This document shows positions 9,014-15,142 of a DNA stretch of 26,984 nucleotides, piece after piece. The stretch is from a virus (taxonomy: Duplodnaviria > Caudoviricetes): IMG/VR virus record IMGVR_UViG_3300020045_016803, positions 1 to 26,984 of that record; one strand, 5' to 3'. The translations under genes and the position numbers were made by a program. Within the stretch, counting starts at the first letter, position 1. Each line of letters begins with the position of its first letter. The notes beneath the pieces are model-generated. The model had not been told where the DNA came from. It saw only the letters and a program-made list of their open reading frames with translations, and searched no databases.

Positions 9014-9654
9014 TGGCACGCCTCACCCCCGAATTTTTCCGAACAATCCTGAAAATGGAAGGCGGCTACCAGGCAATGCCGGACGATTCCGGTAACTACG
9101 CCTGCGGGGCATTGGTGGGAACCAAATATGGCGTGTCGGCGGTGGCGTATTCATCCTGGGTAGGCCGGTGCCCCAGCGCGGCGGAAATGAAGGGCATCAG
9201 AGAGCAAACGGCACGCGACTTCTACGCCAACTACTTCCATAAATACAACCTCTACCCCATCGAGAACCAGCAGTTTTTTGAACTACTGGCCAACAACACA
9301 ATGGGAAGCCCAGCGGGTGCGGCACGTGCTGAACAGCGCGCGCTCAACACATTGGGCTACAACGTCACCGTGGACGGCGCCCGAGGCCCGCAAACCGTAG
9401 CTGCACTAAACGACGCCTGGCGAAAAAACCCAGCGGGCATTTACAACGCAGTGCGCGAAGAATGGGTAAAGCACCTGCATAGTATAAACAAGCCGCAGTT
9501 TCTTGTGGGGTGGATGCGCCGTTTGGACACTTACTTTCCGCCTATGTCCGTGGCTGCCGGTGGGCTTGGGTTGGTGTTGGTCGGGTTAGGGGTTTGGTAT
9601 GCAATTAAATATTTGAAAAAAAATCGAGCATGGGCAACACAGAAAAAACATTAA
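9013..9654 (+). CDS. Glycoside hydrolase family 108-like lysozyme with peptidoglycan-binding motif and C-terminal TM
   Basis: EGGY...DSG...TKYGV catalytic motif; VDGARGPQT; FLVGWMRR; hydrophobic tail. Confidence 0.88.
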   Translation: MARLTPEFFRTILKMEGGYQAMPDDSGNYACGALVGTKYGVSAVAYSSWVGRCPSAAEMKGIREQTARDFYANYFHKYNLYPIENQQFFELLANNTMGSPAGAARAEQRALNTLGYNVTVDGARGPQTVAALNDAWRKNPAGIYNAVREEWVKHLHSINKPQFLVGWMRRLDTYFPPMSVAAGGLGLVLVGLGVWYAIKYLKKNRAWATQKKH

Positions 9655-10088
9655 TAGTAATTGCCGGTCTTTTTTTGCTGCCTCGCCTTGCTCGGGCACG
9701 CATCGGCGCTATTTCCCCAGAATCAGCCGCATTAGGTAAGTATTACGATACCTATAATATTAAGCCCAACGGGCGGGTAGATCGGCATTGGGGCGTTTTG
9801 AATATTGTGCCGCGCCATTGGGGCGTAGAGCTGCGAAAAGAAAAGTATTTTATCTACCCTACCGAAGCGGTAAAGCATTTTAACCTGCACAGTATCGAGT
9901 TTGGAAACTGGACAAACCAGGAGGAACGCCAGGGCTTCATGTACGCTACCCTCGTAACGCTGCGCGACATTGGAGAAATTACCGGCATACCACAAAGCAA
10001 ATTAGGTATGAGAAAAAAACTGGCGCTGTCATTCGGCGCCCGTGGTAATGGAGGAAATGCATTTGCAAAAAAAATCAGAAGTAATTGA
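9630..10088 (+). pseudogene. Truncated polyvalent-protein (LPD1-associated metallopeptidase-like) fragment with N-terminal TM
   Basis: EFGNW..QEERQ...LALSFGARG.G motif ends abruptly at an A8 run; no HExxH in any frame. Confidence 0.5.
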
Positions 10089-10176
10089 ATACAGCAAACG
10101 CGAGGCTACGCTGTTCGGACGGAAACGCCGACGCACAGGCCGGTAAAATATTTTTTCACAATCAAAACACACACTC

Positions 10177-10470
10177 ATGGCAGACACACCAACACCAACG
10201 GCAAAGCCCTGGTATCAATCAAAAATTATCCTGCTGGCCGGCGCTTCAGCGCTCATTTTCGGCGGCAATGCCCTTTCGGGTTTCCTCACCGGCGCAGGCG
10301 TCACCCCCGAACAAATAGACGTCATCCGCGCCCAGCAGCCGCAAATTGCCGAGGCCGTGGAGCAGTTCAAAACCGGCCAAAACATTTTGAACACCATTTT
10401 GGGCGCGCTTATGCCTGCCCTTATTATGATAGCGCGGCGCTGGTGGACCAACATTCCACTGCTGCGCTGA
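10177..10470 (+). CDS. Holin-like two-TM membrane protein
   Basis: KPWYQSK followed by TM, second TM near C-terminus; last gene of the operon, near the lysozyme. Confidence 0.6.
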   Translation: MADTPTPTAKPWYQSKIILLAGASALIFGGNALSGFLTGAGVTPEQIDVIRAQQPQIAEAVEQFKTGQNILNTILGALMPALIMIARRWWTNIPLLR

Positions 10471-10505
10471 CCTGGCTTTGTTCATGAGATTATTTTGTTT
10501 AAAGT

Positions 10506-10539
10506 CGGCCTGCGGAACAAGTCCGTGGGCCGTTTTTTT
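10506..10539 (+). terminator. Terminator between convergent structural operon and integrase
   Basis: CGGCCTGCGGA-acaag-TCCGTGGGCCG-T7. Confidence 0.8.
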
Positions 10540-11728
10540 ATGGCTCCATTATCCGGGTTTTGATCTTTGCAAAACCATCGTTTACCAGGTCGGGCAGGTT
10601 GTACAGCATGGTGGTGCCCGGGTTGATATGCCCAGCCTGCTGCATTACCTGGGGCAATGGCAGCAGGCGCAACCAGTCAGTCACGCCGGTATCTTTGAAC
10701 GAGTAAGGGCTGATACCTTCCACATCGCGCAAGCGGCCAGAATCCAACAGCGCATCGAGGCAGCGCCGAAACCGTTTCCATGCCCACGTGCGCGGCCATG
10801 CCTTTTTGGGGTGCGGCGCTCCACCGTGGCCAAAAACATAGTAATTGGTTGGGATATCGGCAAACCGTTTGTCCTGCAGAATTTCCCGGACGTAGGCCGT
10901 CATGGTCGGGAATCGTTCCCGCTTGGTCTTGCTATGCTGGGCAGCCAGGCAAATAATGCCCTGCGACATATCAAAATCCCCTGCACGCAACCGGCGCAAC
11001 TCCGTACCCCGCAGTAGGCAATAGTATTCCAGCGTGACGAACAAAAAAAGGTAGTAGTCGTGCTCCCACAGCCATGCAGCTATGGCTGCCCGCTCGTCGG
11101 GCGTGCATTTGCGCCGAGACTTGCCCAAAACAGGTTTTTTGGTAATACCCCGAAACGGGTTTTCGGCCAACACTTCCCGCTTTACCAGTTCGTTGAAAAC
11201 CGTGCTTATTTTGGTTTTGTAGTTATTCCAGGTACGGTTTGAAAGATCGGCGCCCGACTTGTTTGGTCTGGTGGCTACATAATCAAGAAAATCGAGCGCG
11301 TGTCGCTTCGAAAATTCCGACACCGGCATGGCCCCTACCCTACCCTGTTCTGTCCATCGCAGGAACACGCCGCAAATGCTCCGGTAGTCCTTCCGGGTTT
11401 CTTCCCGATCCGTTTTCAATTTTATGGCCAACGCCATTTTCACGGCATCGCAAAGCGTTTGCGTGGCGGCTCGGGCTTCAATCTGTTCAGGCGATTGGTA
11501 CGGATACCCGGCAGGGAGCAAGGCGTTTATGCGCCCGATCAGCGCCGCAGCCTGCCGTTTTCGCTCCCTTAGTTCGTGGATTCTGTTTAGGTCGCCTGTT
11601 TCCCGGTGGCGCTTGCGCTGCCCGTCTTTCGGGTCAGTCTGGTAGTACACAATCTCCCAGCGGTCTTTTTTCATCGCCAACCGAGCCGGCAGGTACCCCA
11701 TGCGGGTGGACAATTTTTTTTTCTCCAT
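10538..11728 (-). CDS. int: Tyrosine recombinase / phage integrase
   Basis: LRGTEL (R), SKTK (K), YSFKDTG (variant of HxxR), QAGH, TMLY; SAM-like region (RTWNNY, ENPF); ATG 11728 preferred over TTG 11785. Confidence 0.93.
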   Translation of the reverse strand: MEKKKLSTRMGYLPARLAMKKDRWEIVYYQTDPKDGQRKRHRETGDLNRIHELRERKRQAAALIGRINALLPAGYPYQSPEQIEARAATQTLCDAVKMALAIKLKTDREETRKDYRSICGVFLRWTEQGRVGAMPVSEFSKRHALDFLDYVATRPNKSGADLSNRTWNNYKTKISTVFNELVKREVLAENPFRGITKKPVLGKSRRKCTPDERAAIAAWLWEHDYYLFLFVTLEYYCLLRGTELRRLRAGDFDMSQGIICLAAQHSKTKRERFPTMTAYVREILQDKRFADIPTNYYVFGHGGAPHPKKAWPRTWAWKRFRRCLDALLDSGRLRDVEGISPYSFKDTGVTDWLRLLPLPQVMQQAGHINPGTTMLYNLPDLVNDGFAKIKTRIMEP

Positions 11729-11751
11729 TGCTTTGGTGCCTTTTTTTGCCG

Positions 11752-11929
11752 TGACACGGTGGTGACACAGTTTTTTTGGCAGCAATGGTAAGTGATACGT
11801 TTACAGTGGTTTGTAAGGTTTTGTGAGCGGGATACGAGAACCCACCCCACCCCACAGACCACCCACGGAGATACCATAAACGCACTTTTACTACTGCCAA
11901 AAAACACAGCCCTGACACAGTTTTGACAC
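11752..11929. promoter_or_regulatory. attP region with arm-type repeats
   Basis: TGACAC pairs 11 bp apart on both sides of the core (11752/11763 and 11913/11924); TGACACAGTTTT occurs twice. Confidence 0.65.
11825..11839 (-). other. attP core = 3' end of a tRNA-Gly
   Basis: Minus strand TCTCGT-ATCCCGC-T-C fits the T-stem, acceptor strand and U discriminator of tRNA-Gly (E. coli Gly-GCC ends TCTCGTTTCCCGCTCCA); ~100 bp from the int start. Confidence 0.75.
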
Positions 11930-11939
11930 TGTGCCAGGG

Positions 11940-12326
11940 CTATTTTTTTTTCAGTTCTGAAAGTTTCTTTTCCAGGGCAGCCACACGCGCCTGCAATTCT
12001 TCCACCACCCCTACCCCACCGGCTGCTTTTTGCTGGTATGGCATGGCCGGCTCATGCATGGCCGCTACCTGCTCTGCATGCTGATACGCAGGTGTGGAGA
12101 GCAAAAACATATCTCCAGTGCCTCTAATCAACCAATTCAGATCAAGGTCTTTAAAGCCATCTGAAATAGCAAATATGAAATTTGCAGATAGGTTTTTTTT
12201 GCCCATCAAAATTTGGCTGAAATAGCCTTGTGTGAACCCGAACTTTTTTGCAAAAGCCTCTTGGGTTAGTCCGTGGGTATCCATTACATCGCGCAGGCGC
12301 TTACCCATTGCCTCTAATTTTGTCAC
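11940..12326 (-). CDS. Cro/C1-type HTH repressor
   Basis: RLRDVM...LTQEAFAKKFGFTQGYFSQILMGKK and LNWLIRGTGDMF; C-terminal coiled-coil. Confidence 0.9.
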   Translation of the reverse strand: MTKLEAMGKRLRDVMDTHGLTQEAFAKKFGFTQGYFSQILMGKKNLSANFIFAISDGFKDLDLNWLIRGTGDMFLLSTPAYQHAEQVAAMHEPAMPYQQKAAGGVGVVEELQARVAALEKKLSELKKK

Positions 12327-12374
12327 TTTTACGACAATTTACAAGTATTTGAGCGGATTAAATCTATTTGTAAT

Positions 12375-12382
12375 TACATTTG
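12375..12382 (+). promoter_or_regulatory. Bacteroidota -7 promoter element for the early operon
   Basis: TACATTTG (TAnnTTTG), overlapped by the palindrome TGTAATTACA at 12369-12378. Confidence 0.6.
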
Positions 12383-12411
12383 CTTGCAAATTACACAAAA
12401 TAGAACATACA

Positions 12412-12648
12412 ATGCAAAATGAATATTTGAGTACATACGATAAAATTAAGGCCTACGACCTCATGGAGGCCTTAGAAATGCAAATTGAAGCATGGCGAGA
12501 GGAAGGGGTATCTGAAACGATGATCCGCAAAGCACTTGCTAAAAATGCGGACACCAGTTTGAGCAAACTTATACGCCGGGAGGCATTTAAGTTGCTTGAA
12601 AGCCATGAAACGAAGGCTGCCGAAAAACTGCTACAAATGCAGTCATAA
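12412..12648 (+). CDS. Small helical protein divergent from repressor (Cro-like by position)
   Basis: 78 aa; GVSETMIRKAL resembles a recognition helix. Confidence 0.65.
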   Translation: MQNEYLSTYDKIKAYDLMEALEMQIEAWREEGVSETMIRKALAKNADTSLSKLIRREAFKLLESHETKAAEKLLQMQS

Positions 12649-12662
12649 AAATTTTTGAAACC

Positions 12663-12807
12663 TAAGCCTAACCGGCTTAATAGCGACGGGTGGAAAGGGC
12701 GGCAAACGAGCCGCCCTACTCCGTCAAATAAAAAAACCCACCGGGGGCAATCCGATGGGCTGCGGAGCGGGCGGCTTTACAAACCCGCTGCCTGCTCCGC
12801 AAATTTA
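12663..12807. ncRNA. Structured intergenic RNA / possible antisense RNA
   Basis: Four consecutive hairpins; minus-strand TAAATTTG at 12807-12800 and minus-strand terminator ending near 12730. Confidence 0.4.
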
Positions 12808-12840
12808 TACACATTTTTTTAACATAAAAACTTATTTATC

Positions 12841-14172
12841 ATGGCTTTGCAAAGCAACACAACCGCCTGGTGGCAACGACCCGACAACGGGGAAAGCCTC
12901 CAAAAACGAATCGCCAGAATAAACCAGATCAACGACCCCACCACAAACGCAGACGAGATTTTGAAGTACGGCAAAATGCTGCTTTGGCTGCTGCTCGCTT
13001 TTACGGGTCTACTTGGTGGCCTCTCCTACTACAAAAATTTCGCCGGAAGTTTCCCACACGAAGCCGCCATTTTTATGGCGGGTGCTCTTACTGTTGTCAT
13101 TGAGTTTGGCAAAAACTACTGCACCAAATGGGCGCTTCGCATTCCATTTTTTCGCGGCTTCGGACATATCACCGACAAGGCCGAAAACACCTTTGTGTGG
13201 GTTGGCTTGCTGGCCATCGCCGGCGCCACGTTCTACATGAGTGTGTACAACAGCACCATTGGAGGCCAGCAACTTTCCCGCATGCTGCACAGCGAACGCA
13301 ACCAGGTGACCTTTGCGCCCGACACGCGCAGTATTGACGCCCAAATAGATGCCACCAACCGCAGCATGGCCGAAAACCAGGCGATCAAGTGGAAAGGTAC
13401 CACCACCTACACCGCACAAAAAGCCATTGCCCGCCAAAGTAGCGCAATGGAAACACTCCAAAAACAGCGGGCCGACGTGGTAAGCATGCAGCGGGCCGAC
13501 TTCGAGCGCTCACAGGCCGAAAAGGCCGAAAACTCCAACTATGCCGCCAACCTCGTCATGGCCAGCGGCGGCTGGGTGGAATTGCTCCAGGCGCTAATCC
13601 TCATGCTTTTGGTTTCGTGTGAGAAGTCCCTGGACAAATCGCATGCCCCTACCCCATCAACACAAAAGCCCGGCATTGGATTCAACCGCCCCGCCATGGT
13701 TACGGCACAGCACTACCAGCCAGAACAGGAACAGGAACATCGCGAGCCTCGCCAACCAATAGGTTTCCACCGCAGGCAGGAAACACTACCTGTTCCAATC
13801 ACAGGCCTGCCAACTGTTCCACGAAAAAACACTGTGGAACAGTGTACCACAGTGGAACAGCCGGAACAGGAACAGCCCACCACACAAGCCACTGTTCTGG
13901 CCGATGTGAAGCACTGGGACAAACGAGCAAAACAGTGTTTCGCCCGATATTTTGAACAAAAAAGAGACGAAAAACGCCGCGACAACCAACAGCGCTGCAT
14001 GTGTTTTTTGGGCATGCTCGGCAGCGTCGGGGTAGTGTGTGAAGTGGACTGGAACACAGAGCATTTGAAAATAGAACACCCGGAACAATACACATTCCAG
14101 CCCTGGAGCCTGGACACCATCCAAGCCAACAAACGCGAACTGGCCACCATCGGAAAACAAGCCTACGCATGA
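12841..14172 (+). CDS. Multi-TM membrane protein with coiled-coil and Pro/Gln-rich linker
   Basis: Three N-terminal TMs, coiled-coil, a further TM, then a soluble C-domain. Confidence 0.8.
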   Translation: MALQSNTTAWWQRPDNGESLQKRIARINQINDPTTNADEILKYGKMLLWLLLAFTGLLGGLSYYKNFAGSFPHEAAIFMAGALTVVIEFGKNYCTKWALRIPFFRGFGHITDKAENTFVWVGLLAIAGATFYMSVYNSTIGGQQLSRMLHSERNQVTFAPDTRSIDAQIDATNRSMAENQAIKWKGTTTYTAQKAIARQSSAMETLQKQRADVVSMQRADFERSQAEKAENSNYAANLVMASGGWVELLQALILMLLVSCEKSLDKSHAPTPSTQKPGIGFNRPAMVTAQHYQPEQEQEHREPRQPIGFHRRQETLPVPITGLPTVPRKNTVEQCTTVEQPEQEQPTTQATVLADVKHWDKRAKQCFARYFEQKRDEKRRDNQQRCMCFLGMLGSVGVVCEVDWNTEHLKIEHPEQYTFQPWSLDTIQANKRELATIGKQAYA

Positions 14173-14651
14173 AAACGATCTGCTATTACTGTAAAAAGCC
14201 GCTAACCGATCCGGTTTCTGTAGAACGTGGCGTTGGGCCTGAGTGCTGGGCCAACAAACTTTTGTCTGACAGGAAAGAACGAACCGGCAATCTTTTTTCC
14301 AACTGTGCAGATTTTTCATGGGGAATTGATGGGCAGGTTATTTGGCTAAAGGACAACAACACCAGCGGCGGGCGTTCGCTTACAAACGACAAGGAAAACG
14401 CCCTATCAAGAATTCAAGGAGAATTAGACACCCCAATAAATGGGTACCTAATTACATATCGTGATTCAGATGGAATTTGGGATAGAGTAATAATTACCAA
14501 ATTCAACTTGAAACAAGTCCTTGGAGATGCCGAATTTCTAAAAAAGGGGGGGCACTACGGTGCCCAAGGCCTTCGCATTGATTTTCGATTCCTCGGCGCG
14601 AAAACTTACACCGAAGCAAAAGCAAAGTTGTTGGAGGCGGCACACGCATGA
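14169..14651 (+). CDS. DUF6011-like Zn-binding protein
   Basis: CYYCKKPLTDPVSVERGVGPEC. Confidence 0.75.
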   Translation: MKTICYYCKKPLTDPVSVERGVGPECWANKLLSDRKERTGNLFSNCADFSWGIDGQVIWLKDNNTSGGRSLTNDKENALSRIQGELDTPINGYLITYRDSDGIWDRVIITKFNLKQVLGDAEFLKKGGHYGAQGLRIDFRFLGAKTYTEAKAKLLEAAHA

Positions 14652-14764
14652 CACGCCGCCACCATTACCTGCTTTGGGTGTGCGCGGCACTGTCTTGCTC
14701 GCTTTGCCTGTACATGGTGCCCGTCACGATGTTGTACTTTTTCTACCTCACAAACCTTGATTGA
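14648..14764 (+). CDS. 38-aa hydrophobic peptide (not in ORF track)
   Basis: ATGA overlap; MTRRHHYLLWVCAALSCSLCLYMVPVTMLYFFYLTNLD. Confidence 0.45.
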   Translation: MTRRHHYLLWVCAALSCSLCLYMVPVTMLYFFYLTNLD

Positions 14765-14817
14765 TTCACCAACGGCGCCCTGCCCAACAGGGTAGGGCGC
14801 CGTCAAAAAACAACAGC

Positions 14818-15123
14818 ATGGAGAACAGACTTTTGGCCGTTGGCCCCATAGAATACCGTCGGATGAGCGACAAGAAACTGGAGCAGGAACAAGCCTACGT
14901 ACTGCACCAAATCAGCCTTACTATGCAGCGCATACAACGCATTTCCGTATTGCTGTGCATGGGACAGGTAAAAGAGGTTACGTTTCCAGTTGACGATGTT
15001 AACCAAATTTATTTTTACCCTGGTTTTTCAAAAATAGGGACAAAATTAATCGAGGATTTAAAATTTCGATATCTGGAACTGGAGGCTATAGCCGACGAAA
15101 TACAGTACCGCAACATTCCATAA
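14818..15123 (+). CDS. Hypothetical protein (101 aa)
   Basis: ATG after A-rich leader; fills the gap before the primase. Confidence 0.65.
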   Translation: MENRLLAVGPIEYRRMSDKKLEQEQAYVLHQISLTMQRIQRISVLLCMGQVKEVTFPVDDVNQIYFYPGFSKIGTKLIEDLKFRYLELEAIADEIQYRNIP

Positions 15124-15142
15124 TCCACAAAATCGCTCTTTA

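Noticed and set aside
10538-11728. Integrase as an IntI integron integrase
   Set aside because: Has phage-type N-terminal domains, an adjacent tRNA-type attP, no evident IntI insertion, and is ~12 kb from the array
11825-11839. Complete tRNA gene
   Set aside because: Only the last 15 nt match; there is no D-arm or anticodon arm upstream
14772-14803. Strong hairpin as a terminator or sixth cassette site
   Set aside because: No U-tract after it on either strand and no TAAC/GTTA ends; function unclear
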